Assembly: GCA_030704615.1 (NCBI GenBank)
Contig: CM060733.1
Coordinates: 14,446,001 to 14,510,000 of the forward strand
Direction of reading: 5' to 3'
Length of the DNA stretch: 64,000 nucleotides
Source: Takakia lepidozioides
Lineage: Eukaryota; Plantae; Bryophyta
The translations under genes were made by a program, and so were the position numbers. The notes under the pieces were generated by a model. The model was not told the DNA's origin, did not search any database, and was given only the letters and a program-made list of their open reading frames with translations. Position 1 is the first letter of the stretch; every line of letters starts with the position of its first letter. Of this stretch, positions 35,229 to 48,739 are shown piece after piece.

Positions 35229-36498
35229 AGAAAGCATCAAGGACGGGAAAACTGGGGCTGGAATCCATTTGTCTGAAAATCGAATAACCGTAGGTGCTCT
35301 GCTCCAACCAGATTGCCACTCGGAAAGGTCTAAATGAGGTTCTTATGTATACAAAAAGAGGAGTAGCTTCACACAAGCAACTGGAGAATACATGAATCTC
35401 AGTAAGCGGGTCCTCAGATCGAACAAATTATCAACAAGCGCCACCAGTGCCTTGAAGTCCTTACAAGCTACATACAAGCTTGAAAACAGTCGAAGTGAGA
35501 TGAAGACAAAGAATGAAGGCAATCCCAAAGTACATTCAGAAGAAAATACGAGGAATACATGGGCAATTTGTGTGTGAGTGGGAGCATCGCGATTTTGAGA
35601 ACTAAGCTTTAACTAAACTGCAGATCCTTTGATTAACGTAGCCAGATTAGTGAACCGAGTAATACACCTCATTGGATGCCATGATGAAGGTTGGTCCGAT
35701 TCCAAATTTCCAAGTCCAGCTGAGGAGGCAGACCAATTTGCATCTAATAGATCCAAAATAATTAGGGGTACATAAGTTGAGCCTGACTTGATGAGACCAC
35801 AAACGAGCTGAATAACGATTTCAACGAGGAATCTCCCAATGAAGTAATAGAAGCAATCGCTGTGTGCAGCATACCGGAGACGATAAGTTAAAGACAAAGA
35901 TATCACAGCGAGGAGCTGATTTGAACAATCAAGACCATCCAGAAATCAGCCAGAACCATAACTCGCATTACAGAAATACAACAAGAAAGTGACAGAGGAA
36001 GTCGCTGAGTGCAGAGCCGAGATTACAAGGTGCAAATCAAAGTATCAAAGGAAGAAGCTGATTTCTAGCCGCGGGGGATTTGGAAACCACAAAGAATGCA
36101 CTCTAAAAGATTACTTGAATGAAAGGGCAGAGCTACTGTTGTACAAACAAACCCATCCCCCAGACTCTGAATTGAGGGACTGCATTGCGAGAACACTCAC
36201 CATCGCCGGTACTCCAGAGTAGCACAAGACACAAGGACCGCCTCTGTGCTCACAGCTCCACGTCCCAGGTTTCCTAAGGAGATCAAGCCGGTTTCGAGCA
36301 GAACTGCTACCCTGCTCCACGCCATTCCACAACGGAATCGTCTTTGGGCAGGCTTCCATTATTTTGTGTCATGGTGATCACGTCATCTGAAACACCCCGC
36401 ATCTTTTAATCGTTCAAAAGTCGGAAGAAGGGCCTTCAGAGGTTGAAGCTCACAGCTAGATTAGTTTTAGAGGGGAAGATTATTCCGGCTTAATCTTA

Positions 36499-38340
36499 GG
36501 GCCGGTTTACAAGAGGGCCCGGCAACCTAGAAACAAGAAATCCTATTGGTCAAGAGCCTCAAATTGGGCCCTAGCGGTTTACCCGAGGGTCCAGGCCCAA
36601 GACCAAGAAAATGACATGGCTACCTACGATTTATGGTACCAAACTCTTGGGTCCAGCCCAACAAAAGGAATGCTCCTTGGATGGAGACCCAACTCTTTCC
36701 CTTGCAACCTACCATTAAGATATATTTTTGTAAGCCTATCACAGCCATAGGAAGGAAACATGTCATAGATGGGGTTGTCCGCAGATAGAGACTAGAAGTA
36801 CTATGCAGATGAGGGTGCAGGGAGGGGCGGGTAGGGCTGATCAGCCAGCAGATGAGCCCTGTGGGACCAGCGGATGTGGGGGTGTGGACATCCGTCGTGA
36901 CCACACACATGAGCGGATAAAATCCCACGACACATCCACTAGGGGAACTTGGGCAAAAATTTACCATGGCTTTGGTCGTCTCTCTCCTCGCGATGGCACG
37001 CATGCTAGTACTCCTGTTAGTGGAAAGCTTTACATCAGGGAGCTTTGAATCAGGTCTGAATGAAAGAGTTTCATTATCTTTGTCAGTCATTGTAGATTAC
37101 ATATTGAAATATCCAATACTCAACATTCTACAAGCCCAAATGAGAATGTAGGTCACAATCTAAAACCAAAGTGTGTACTTCAAGGTGGACCTCGGTTTTC
37201 TGGCCACAACTTCTTGTGGTCTTACTCAATTGCTGTGAAATAAATTCCCAAAGCTAGATAATCAAGCTAGCTTTCCAACAAGATATCACAACCTACACTG
37301 CATAAAGTCTCAACATTCTACAAGCCAAATGTGAATGCAAGTCAAATATGAAACCACAGTATATCTTTGAATCTGCACTTCGGCTTTCTGGCCATAACTT
37401 CTTGTGGTCTTACTCAATTGATGTGAAACAAAATCCCAGAGCTAGATAATCAAGCTATCGTTCCAAGAAAATATCACACTTATACTGCATAATTACTGAA
37501 CATTCTACAAGCCCAAATGTGAATGCAGGTCACAGTAGAAAACCAAACAAAGTACTACAATCTGCGCCTTGGTTTTCTGGCTATAACTTCTTGTGGTCTT
37601 ACTCAATTGAAGTGAAACAAATCCCAAAGCTAGGGAATCAAGCTAGCTTTTCAACAAGATATCACACATCCATACTGCATAAATGCTCAACATTCTACAA
37701 GCCCTAATGTGAATGCAGGTCACAGTATGAAACCAAACAAAGTACTTCAAGTTGTATTGCCTTCATGTCTGTGCTCAGTGTCACTAAACACAATCGTTTG
37801 GCCTTAATACGTCTGCAAATAAAGTGGTCATCTGAAGTTGGGTTTGCATTACCAACTCCCGACCTGTTTGCTCGCTTTGCAAAATCTGCGAGGTGATTCT
37901 CTCGGTCATCGCCATCTTTAGCGTCTCCATCTCTTTGAGCCCCTCCCCAAACTCTTTGATGGCACTTGCAATGGTAGTAGAGCCTCCAGACAAATGTCGT
38001 TTCTTTGAATTTGGATGACCTTGCACACATGCCAACTTGCAAGCTGTCGTCTTTAGGAGTGACAGGTGCAGCGGAAGGGTCACCGGGTTTGGTGCTTGCC
38101 GTCACATCTGGTATTGTGACATAAACAGTGCCTCCATAAAAAACATAAACATGTTATAGAGGGCTGAACTTTGTATCTGACACGAATGCAACATCATCAT
38201 CATCAATGGTCTGGGGAGGATTATTGCGCACTCTCTGGTCAATGTAATCTCTAGGGATCCCATTCACATTTACTGTGCCTCCGAGAATGTTATCAAATTT
38301 TTCGTACCATGACCACTCGGAAGGAGGAGCGCCTGTTGCA
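36499..38340. mobile_element. PIF/Harbinger remnant: TIR-like end, possible degraded transposase (+) and Myb/SANT-like accessory ORF fragments (-)
   Basis: TTA|GGGCCGGTTTACAAGAGGG terminus; minus-strand TGAPPSEWSWYEKFDNILGGT and coiled-coil IASAIKEFGEGLKEMETLKMAMTERI, as in Harbinger accessory proteins. Right end not found. Confidence 0.6.
37121..37752. repeat. Tandem repeat, ~189-bp unit, ~3.3 copies
   Basis: Units beginning (C)AACATTCTACAAGCC at 37121, 37311, ~37498 and 37688. Confidence 0.92.
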
Positions 38341-39329
38341 TAACATGAAATATTTTTTGGAAAGGTTGGAAACGCACCAAAACATTTGGGAATGACACTA
38401 TGCATGTTAGTCATAGTATATAGTTCATGAAAATATTGAGTAATCAAGAATGTCTATATGGATTTCTTGTTGTGTTATGAAATGGTTTAGTGGGGTCGTT
38501 TCTTATTGATGCCAATAAGCAAATACTAAACTATATTAAACTATATTACTCTCATGTGGGTAGTCCAAAAGCTCAAAACTTACAAATAATTCATGTGGAT
38601 AGTGAAAAGCATGACTATGCTGAATGCGTGATTACTACTTAGGTCAAGCTTCATAATCCATAATCTTCGTGGAATAATTTTCATGTACGTAGTAAGAAAT
38701 TTTCGAACAACTTGACAAAATATTGAACGGAAAATTATGTCCGTGAATATGAACAAATGTTTTATGGATTGGTTAATCATATGTTGAAAGAGGTTCCTAC
38801 ATATCGGTAATTTGGTCAAGCTTCATAATCCTGAAACGTATGAAATACCGTCCTGTGAGTGGTTATAAAAGTGTATTGCACTTTTCGTGGATGTTGTACA
38901 TGAAGTGGAAAAGAGAGCATAATGAGAAAGATTGTTTCAAGGTGACTGATCTACTAACATTTATCCGATTGTTGTTTTTATTGCCGATAAAAAATTACAT
39001 CTTGGGAGTGTCTGGAGGTTTCTGCACTGCCATTCAGAGGACTTGGACTGCCTAAAGGAGCACCAGTAAACTACCAAACTCCACCACATGGAAAGATAGT
39101 AGACTTGAATTTGTTCTCACAGCCTCCGTCTGCAAAATTGACATGATGCATTCATTTGTAGCCACATATCGATGCAATCGCTGCTTAAACCCCAATCCAG
39201 CTGTTATCATCATTATCCTCTACCACCTCGAACTCTTATTCTTTGTCATATTTGTATTTGTCGTCGTCATATTCTTCATCTTTGTTTTATATCAATGAAC
39301 CCTCAATCGCCAAGGCAGATCCAACTCTC

Positions 39330-39531
39330 CAGGTGTGGCCAATTCCTTCCATGTTGCATGAGGGAGACATCTCTCATCGTCATCCTTATTGCCTGAGTCA
39401 AAGTTTATGTCTATGTCCTTCATGAACACCCCAACAGCCAGATGACATGGAAATAGATTCTGACTTAGGCGATAAGGATGACGAGGATGAATGTCTTCAT
39501 CATGCAACATGGAAGGAATTGGTCACACCTG
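39330..39531 (+). repeat. Inverted repeat / fold-back hairpin (88-bp arms, 26-nt loop)
   Basis: 39330-39417 is the near reverse complement of 39444-39531. Confidence 0.9.
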
Positions 39532-42484
39532 ACATGCATGAATCTGAGCCTCAGGTAGGCACAAGAGCGTAGCGCGGCTCGGTCATTGCCTAAAAGTAAT
39601 CTCAAACCTTCCATCTTGTTGTTGACATACTGACTCTACTTCTCTCTCGATTTTCATCTGCGTATCGTCTCTTCTACCAGTTTCTTAGCTTTGCGAAGAA
39701 GACTTCTTCGATGTACAAACATCATATTCCTCAAATATAGTTGTGAGATCTTCCGTTCTTCACGGAGTCTCTCGTTGTTCTTGGTGAGCTCGATCAATAA
39801 CTGAGCAGCAACCACAACCTCTCTCCTTAGGTTCTCCTTTGTGACCTGAGAGAGAGATTTCAATAAAGTGAGAAAAATAATATAAGTAATACCTAAAACT
39901 AGAGGTAAATACTCTAACTGTATTACGGGTTTTGAATACATACCACAGACATATTTGCATGTAATATAAATGCATATAACATATGTGCATATGAGGTCGT
40001 GTACTTAGTGAGGTGATACGAGCATCAGCATGATCACGACCTCGACCTTGACCTCGACCTGGACTAGTAGTAGCAATATGATCTTTCACTATTTGGGCTG
40101 CACTATCTTCATGTGCGGTTTCATGTTCATCAAGATTATAATGGAGAGTAGGGACATGAGAATTTTTATAGATGGAAGGAGTCGGAATAACCTCACTTCC
40201 GTCCACGTTCTCCTCCAATTGTGAGATGGAACAATCAAGTGTACAACTAGTGTAGAAACCTAGACATCGACCATCATTTCTTGGCTTTGTGAGGCTGAAC
40301 TGTGTTCATGAAATATAGGAGACGATCCAGGAATTTTCTCACTATGGACAACAATATTTGTCGAAGTGAGTGGGGGATTGCCCTTGCATTTTTTCCGTGT
40401 CTTTGCAAGAAACATATCAATGGTGATGACACGACCATCACTTGTCTTCTCTGGACTCCTCTCCGGACAACTGGTTTGCAACACATTTTGCTTTAGCACA
40501 TCGGATTTATGAAGAGACCGCTGACGAACAATATTGGTTGTCTTGTGTCGACTTGCTGAAAGAGGCTGAAGAGGGGCCATATGTTTGGGGTCATCCAAAA
40601 GAGGAAAGAATAGTAGTTTTTTCCAAACAAGATCCTTGGTCAAGGCGGAGGTAAGCCAGCTACGGATGGAGAGTTTAGCAGTGATAAAATACTTAACTAT
40701 CATAAAACATGATATTGAAGTCACGCGGAGCATCAATAAGGACGTTGAGGAGTATTCTATACCCTATGCAATCCGTGGTCCTTAATTGCAGCTTTCAAGA
40801 ACAAACTTGAGGAGATTCTTTGAAGCACTTGCATTTTTTGTTTTCCTCATCTTTCACACAATGGACAATGATTTACCAATCCACAAAATCCACAATCAAT
40901 AGGGAAACCACAAGTGGAGAGAAATCATAATCGTGGTTTTCATATGCATTGGAGTATGTAATAGTTTTGGAGCAATGAAAGTACTGTTTTAACTAGTATT
41001 TCAAGTCAAAATCTTGGACAATGGACATGGAAACATGTCCAATCAATAGGGAAAGCACATTTGTGCTTTTTACCATGGCTCCCCAATTTTGTGTGTAAAT
41101 GCATGCTTGGGGCTTCCACCATGGATTCCACATTTTCATGCTTTTATTTGGATTCTATCTAGATTTATTAACCATAGAAAAAACACGTTGATGTTACGCT
41201 TTGGAAACCTATGTTCAAGTTAGAAACAAAGTTCGTGGACTTGACTTATGATGTTAGAAGTTGAACATGTTTCAAATGTGCATATTTGAAAGATGCACAT
41301 GTTTTGAGTGCACAGTAATTCTTGCAAGTATTATCTGCACTTATATAGAGAATCCATAATCATGGTTTTAATTTCAGCTGTGATGTTCATTGTGTCAATG
41401 TTACAAAATTGTGTGTTAATTAGAGAAACCACGAGTATATGGTGTCCATCATTTGATGGAAATGATTTACACAACAAATTGCTTAAGGAAACCTCTTGGT
41501 AGGATATTCCATGAATAATGCAATCACAATGTTAATTGATCTGATCTCGATGTCTATGGGACTTTCGTTTGGCAAGGATGACATGTACATAATGTGACGA
41601 AGACCCTCCAACAGTTCACTGCTGTGGACAATAATATCTCTTACCTTCCTGCAAACATTCTTCCTCTGTGCCTTCCTCCGTGCAATAAACAAAGAAAAAT
41701 GGACATAGATCGATGGTCCCCACACTTTTTTGCAATAACATCCTTTTGAATTGCTCCCTCATTTGCATCTAAAACAGCTGGTATTCTTTCCTTAAGCTTT
41801 TGAAGGACCAAGAGCCAGCTAAAGTCTCTTGAATTAGTAGACAATCTGGTGAATAAAGCTTGCTGGCCAAAGGAGTTTAAGCAATTAACTGCACAGGACA
41901 TGTATAAATCAGCAACTATTGATGTACGATGGGTTTGACCTGATCTTCAAGACTGCACTCTAATCAAACAATCTTAACAATATTAATATTAATCATTTCA
42001 CTCTAAGTACAAACCGTAACATGTCAACATGCACGATAAACATGTTTAAATAAAATTGTAAGAGCAACTAAGAGAATTGAATATACCTTATAGCATTGAT
42101 CTCTGCAACTGCATCATCAACAAGGAAAGATGAAGGTGACCACTGTGGATCACAATCTTTCATGTAAGTTTGAAGTTTGGTCCCTTTTGAACGGACAGCT
42201 TTGGGATTTCGGCCCTTCCTATGAATTTTTCCTGGTCATAAATGTATGTGGCATAGGCCACACTAATAGAGGGTTAACTACACTTACAGAGTGTAGACGG
42301 TATATGAAGTTTACATTTCAATGTAGCTAAGCTGTTGGATCTAGTTGACCAATTTATCTCTATTCATCCAAATCTCATTGGCCACATCAGCAAATTCATG
42401 GCCACGTAGTTTTGGCAAAACAAGTGATTAACAGGTAGGGTCTGATCTGACAAGAAAATGGCCTCGGAATAAGTGCTAGTGTAA

Positions 42485-42947
42485 GGGCCGGATTCCATGG
42501 GCAGCCCCAAGCTGCCCGACCTAGAACGCCCCAGGATTAAAGAGGCGCTACTGGCTTAGATAGAATATTCTACAAAGGGCGCCCCACCGAATCGCCCCTT
42601 GCTAAGGGCCGCAAAAAAGACGTCCCTTCACAAGGGTCCGTAGAGTTTTGTGGCGCCCCTAATTGGCACACCTGTCTTTTCCTAAAGCCCTTAGAGAATG
42701 TTATTGATTTTTATCCAAATTAAGTAAGTTAGATTTTAGGAGAGGGGATGAATTTTGACTTTTTCATCTAAAACTTATATTAGTTATCTTTTAGTATGTC
42801 ATGGACCCACATGGCAATTGGTGCCAAGATTTCAGACGGGTGAATGGAAAGGTATCTATGGAACCACCCTTTCTCATTTTTAAGCAGCGAATCTCTCCTC
42901 GGGCCATTGCTTGGAGGGCAATTGGGAGTGCCCATGGAACCTGGCTC
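42485..42947. mobile_element. Tourist-like MITE (PIF/Harbinger)
   Basis: Imperfect ~32-bp TIRs GGGCCGGATTCCATGGGCAGCCCCAA / TTGGGAGTGCCCATGGAACCTGGCTC, with TAA on both flanks (42482-42484, 42948-42950). Confidence 0.8.
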
Positions 42948-43783
42948 TAAAATGGACATATTTGGTAACATCTGGATTCCGTCCGACACTAGAAAACCTC
43001 CCTCAATAAGTAAACAAATAATAATAATAAAACAAAAACGAAATTGCACTTGGGGGTGAATGGGCCCACATTTCATGATTTTGACCCACTTAGTTGACCC
43101 ACTTACAGTTGGGCACATGTCATCCAAATTGGATGAAATCTGATGAGTAGTTTTACGATAGAAAAACTATGTATCAAGAACGTTTTATGTTTTATCCACT
43201 TTGTTTTCGAAAATAATTTTAAGCTTTTTCTTTAAGACCCAACTAGAATATTTTAATAATTTCGCTTTGTAAAATGAGGTCCTATGAATCAGTCCCTTCT
43301 GACTTGAGAATGTTGGTAGTAGGCCCCATTTGATTTTCCTGGATCCTTGTTGGGGTGGCACCTATGGACTTGAGGGCAGGGTTTTGGTGGATGGTGTCCC
43401 CTCTGCGCCTGCATGCACTGCAAGGCATGGCGGGAGGTTCGTTGTTCGTTCGGTGCCAGTGCGTCAAAGCCAACATGTGAAGCGCGTGGGCCCGCACGAG
43501 CTCGAGTCAAACACAGTCCCTGGGCGACTTACACTTCAGTGTAGAACTAGGTGCTTTTATATTCCGTATGGCAACCGTTCTGTGAGATGGGTTCCCTTTG
43601 ACCCCGTAGAATCCTGTCGGTTGCGATGTAGTTCAAGTTCTCACCCAGTTTCATTTCTACTAGAGTATCGGGTCCGTCTGACTCCCCCGCTATCTATGTA
43701 CACACTACTATATTTAAGCTAGACAGGACCGAAGTGTCTAGTATAGGAAGTTCAAGTTTTGTTGTTCACATTCGGTGATAAGG

Positions 43784-43816
<33 letters not shown>

Positions 43817-44286
43817 GTAGTACGTTGTGAACCTGCAACTGGTTGAGCATTTCGATCACATATTCTTGGTTCTAGGTTTCTGGTTTTCAAAGAAGGCTTT
43901 ATTTTTATGCTGATGGCGTCCTGTAAACTGTCGCTCATCAAGTGTATTATTGTGATATTCTTCTCAGCTGGTGTTTGTGCAGCCTCTCGCTCCTTAACTG
44001 GTACCTATTTCTAGAAACCAACAAATTTCCTACTTCGTTTTAAATTGGATCTCCTCACACTGGCAGGGCGGGAGAATGTAGGCTGTCAAGTAAGGAGGTG
44101 TTGTCCAGAGAGCTTCTAATCTAGGTGTATTTTTGAATCTTGAGCACAATGTAAAATTTCCGTTGCAGATATCAAGTTGCAGGAAATAACACTTTTACAA
44201 CATGAACTTTTTTCTCTTATATACCCATGGGTATTATTGTCGTTTGTCCCCTGAATACAGGTGCGGCTACGAAAGTCATTCTAGAA

Positions 44287-45327
44287 ATGTTTGAGGATTC
44301 AAGCATTGACAAATTAGCCATCATGGAGGAACTTGAGGTACGTCATTATGTTCCAAAATCAGATCAAACGACGGATGATCTTCACTTAGGCTAGCTGTAC
44401 AAATTTGTCGAACATATGATCAGAAGGCCCTAGATACTTAAATCGCTGACCCGATCCCCCTGGCCAGGCTACTGGTCAGGAATACTTTTTTCACGAGTGA
44501 AGATGGCTAAATTCCCCCAACAAGTTGGTTTTGAAGAGTCGTATGAATCTTTGTCTACTTTGTCGATCAATAGTTCTTATCTCTGGCTCTGGTTTTCTGT
44601 TTCCTCTCTCATGTTTTCTTTCCATTTTGTCCCATAAGCTCTATGAGCTTTCCGCGGACGTTATAAAGCACCGTTTCATCTCATTTCTACTGATGCCATC
44701 AGCGTTGATTCGATCGACTGACTTGGCCACCCTTGTTTTTGAGCTAATACATCTGTTTTAAGTAACTCACGTTCTCTGTACCTGTAGGTGCTGGGCAGGA
44801 CATCCGAAGCGGACAGACAACAGCAGATGTTACTATCTGAATGTGCAAGGTCGATGGACAACTCCGTAGATCCTAGACAGCACAAGTCTTTCGAATTCGG
44901 TGCAATTTCGCTTCAAAGACTAGAGGCCAGTACAGAGCCACCAGATCCTTCTGGACATATTGGTGGTGCAAATTCGCTTCAAGAATTACAGGCAAGTCCA
45001 GAGCCACCAGATCATACTGGACCTATCGGTCATGCAATTTCGCTTCAAGGATTAAACGCCAGTCCAGAGCCACCAGGTCATACTGGACCTATCCCTCATG
45101 CAGTTTCGCTTCAAGGATTAAAGGCCCGTCCAGAGGCACCAGGTCAATCTGGACCTATCCCTCGTGCAGTTTCGCTTCAAGGATTAAAGGCCAGTCCAGA
45201 GCCACCAGGTCAAACTGGACCTATTGGTCGTGCAATTTCGCAAGGATTAAAGGCCAGTCCACAGCTACCAGAACATTATGGACCTGTTGGTGATTTCAAG
45301 AAGTTCTCAACAGACGAGTCCCTTTGA
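44287..45327 (+). CDS. Unknown protein with six 22-aa tandem repeats (exons 44287-44337, 44788-45327); possibly the N-terminus of a truncated cytoplasmic kinase
   Basis: In-phase GT-AG splice; CT-microsatellite leader at ~43785; 66-bp coding repeat at 44902-45294 (AISLQGLKASPEPPGHTGPIGR-type) stays in frame. Confidence 0.55.
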
Positions 45328-45939
45328 CTGATTGTAAAATGGTATATATGTACATAAGGTTCACCTTTCAGAACATGATCTGCACATGCAAATTCCAGTT
45401 CTACATTATCACAGTTACGGAAGAGTTTAGACGGTCAATCCTAGTGTTGGATTTACAACGTAACAGGGTGCCAACTTATTTTCACAATGGCTCTGATCTT
45501 ATGGGTTGTGCACGCTGTTATTGGACCACCCAAATGCAGTCGAACATGAACTGCAAATCGGATTTGATCAAGGATTTGCCCATTCCTGCATACGCAAGGG
45601 TACGTTTTTCCCATTCCTTTTGAAGAATGGCTCTGATCTTGTGGTTCACTTCCACCCAAATGCCGAACAGGAACATGGGTTGAAGCCTCAGTTTTCTACG
45701 CCTCCGTGCAATTCTTCAATTCTTCTCGCTGCAGATAGATCCTTGCGATCACCATTGCATCCAGAAATGGAGGTCCAATCAGAATTACGATGATCATCCA
45801 ACCATAATTCCATCGATTGTTTTGTAAGACACGTATATAAATTCAGTAGACTTTGGAAAGCTCAGGACCATTTTGTTCTTCCTTTGCTTGTTACCCATGA
45901 GGTCTCGGGATCAGAATTTTGAATTATTTTTTAATTATT

Positions 45940-47035
45940 TTAATTATTTTTTAGAACAGGGGGATAGTAGCCCTGTAAATTTATTAAAAAGGAGGTAAGG
46001 AAAAAATAACCTTACAGAGAGCCATAAGGCTGATAGCTTTCTCAATCCATCGTGTACTCCAGTGATGTGTAGAATGTATTTTACCACATACTTTTTTTTT
46101 TTTAAACAGGGGGATTTTTGTAGCCCTGGAATATTTATTAAAATAAATATTCATTATACTTTCCTATTCTTATAAGTCACATTTGGCTCAATTATTATTG
46201 CGACTCTATGCAGAGTAAATGCGAAGTCACCGGCCGAGGGCCATACTTAGAGAATCTGTCTGTAAAGTACAGAACCTATGAGTCAATCTTAATGATGAGA
46301 AGCACTTATAATCGAAAGTACTTACATTGGCTAATCGAGAATCTGAAGGAAAAGCTTAGCCCACCACATTCTATATATATGTTGCCCAGAAGGCAGGCTC
46401 TTATGTCTATTTCCCCCAAAAAGTAAATGATGTGCTGAGCCCATTCAAATTCACCGCAGGGCTTATAACTTCCGTACTGTTGTATTTATTTTTATATTTT
46501 CGTATTTTGTCTTTTTGTCTCTCTTTTTTTCTTTTTCTTTTTTCGTCTTTTGTTGTTGTTGTTGTTTTTTTTTTTTTTTTTTAATCCAACAGGGGACAGT
46601 GGCCCGGAGAATTTTATTGATAATTTATTTTTTTATTTTTGGTGATTGTTGTTGTTGTTGTTGTCTTTTTAAAATAAAATGACAAAACAGCACCAAGTTA
46701 CTGGTTACCTACCCGCATTGCAAGGTCAGGTTGTGTTTGACCTGCCCTTTTTCTAAGGGTAAGGACTAATGGGGGGGGTTTCCACCACTCCCAAACGCCA
46801 TGAAGCGAGCGCCTCAGGAGGGAATAGCCCCTTAAACGACCAGTGGGGGTAGTTTGACTTTTCTTCCTAAATTGACCCCATTGGAGGAAAATCAATAATA
46901 CGCAGCGAGTTTTCAAATTTTCCAAAAAGTGACCGGACATAACGTGGCCACCTAACACCTGCAGGTACTGCCTAAATTGCGGGCCAATCGGCGCAGATCT
47001 GCCAAAATGCACCCGTTGGACAGTGAGACCCAATT
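45940..47035 (-). mobile_element. Cluster of three short L1-like 3' tails plus a possible L1 ORF2 C-terminal fragment
   Basis: Three copies of TTTT..AACAGGGG(G)A...GT(A/G)GCCC..A.ATTT(T)ATT at ~45950, ~46100 and ~46580. On the minus strand these read AATAAA, a short GC-rich segment and poly-A. A degenerate WKI..TRC-like motif lies at ~46920. Confidence 0.5.
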
Positions 47036-47514
47036 TTCCAATATGTGATAAAAAAAAACAAAAATGTTTTTATTAGTTTCTTCATATTTTGGCTAGCGGG
47101 ATGAACTCTGTTTCATCTGACAGTTGGAGCACTTCAAGTAAGAGACATCCTCCAAGTAATGCAAGAAAAGCAGGTGGATTTCGCCCAGTAAGCACTAGGT
47201 GGAAGTTGGTCAAAGTAGGAGGGAGGAGATTTGCACATGACACCCACACGACACAACGGACACTTGCAACAAGCATGCAAGCAAGAGAGACCGAACGTGC
47301 GAAGCAAGAATTCACGCCCGAAAGAGCATAACTCTGCCCTCACATAGAATTTCCCTAATCGGAAAAAGGATCCTGGCGCTCCACTTGGGCCTCTATTCAA
47401 TGGCGTAGATTTCACCAAGAACCCCCAAAATCCAAAAAAGTTATTAATTGTCAAATTCACCCCTCTAGAAAACTTTGGGCCATGACATAATAAATGGACA
47501 ATTAATGAGCAAGA

Positions 47515-48330
47515 CGCTTTGTTTTGTTTTGTTTGTTTGTTTTGTAGATTTGAGATGTCCCAAACCGCGCCATGGTGCTTGGTACCGTTGGAAAGCCCTC
47601 GAGGAGGGGTGCCCAGGCTTGGTCTCATGATTTTTGGACCTACGGTGTGGGAGATGTGAAATTCCAGGTACTTTTGGTCGCTGGAAATTCACAAAAAATA
47701 GCAAAGTGGGCATTCCTGGGACAGTGGTTGGAGCCTCGATGGGAGAGATATCAAGGGAAGGTCTCCGGTTCAAATCTGGTCATAGGCTCTGTGGAAAAAA
47801 ACTTACTTAGATGACATTGGAAACTTGGGCCAACAACAAAGGCTACCCTAGAGGTTGCATTTGGGCCTCGACGTAGGAGACACCCTTTGATACATAGGGG
47901 ATTGCACTTGGACTTAAATGACACTGGACACTTGGGCCAACCTCACAAGCTACCCTATCAATCAATATATAAATCGAGACGTTTGTTTTGTTTTGTAGAG
48001 TTGAGATGTCCCAAACCGCGAGGGCCCCAACCTTGGTGCTTGGTACCATTGGAAAGCCCTCGACGAGGAGAGGTGCACAGGCTTGGTCTCAAGATTTTTG
48101 GACATGCAGTGTGGGAAGATGTGGAATTTCAAGTACTTTGGGTCGTTGGAAATTTGGGAAAACTAGCAAAGTTGGCATTTCTAGGGCAATGGTTGGAGCC
48201 TCGACATGAGAGATATCAAGGGAAAGGTCTCCGGGTCAAATCTGGTTGTAGGCTCTGTGGAAAAAAAATGCATTTGGACTTAGATGACATTGGACACTTG
48301 GGCCAATAGCACATGCTACCCTAGAGACGG
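47515..48330. repeat. Direct repeat, ~460-bp spacing, two copies (transposon/Helitron-like subterminal sequence)
   Basis: TTGAGATGTCCCAAACCGCG...TTGGAAAGCCCTCGA...GGTTGGAGCCTCGA...GCTACCCTAGAG at ~47550-47852 and ~48001-48325. Confidence 0.8.
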
Positions 48331-48410
48331 GAGACATATCAATAATGACTGGATATTACTATTCAATAAATTCATCAAAAAAAAAAATGGGGCCTTGAGA
48401 TGGGAGCCGT

Positions 48411-48737
48411 ACTTGGATACATAGGAGATTACACACTCGGCTTAGATGGGCCTCGACATAGGAGATGCACATGGGAGACGCCCTTGGATACATAGTATTT
48501 CGCACTTGGGCTTAGATGGCAATGGACACTTGGGCCTCTACATGGGAGATGCACTTGGATACATAGAAGATTGCACTTGGACTTAGATGGGCCTCGACAT
48601 AGGAGATGCACATGGGAGACGCCCTTGGATACATAGTATTTCGCACTTGGGCTTAGATGGCAATGGACACTTGGGCCTCTACATGGGAGATGCACTTGGA
48701 TACATAGGAGATTTCACTTGGATACATATGAGATTGC
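48411..48737. repeat. Tandem repeat, 141-bp unit built from shorter CACTTGG/ACATAGGAGA subunits
   Basis: CTTAGATGGGCCTCGACAT at 48441 and 48582; near-identical units. Confidence 0.9.
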
Positions 48738-48739
48738 AT

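Noticed and set aside
38500-42400. Exon-like ORF fragments (e.g. 40442-40654, 41483-41901)
   Set aside because: Look like decayed transposon genes, but no recognisable motif; not assignable by eye.
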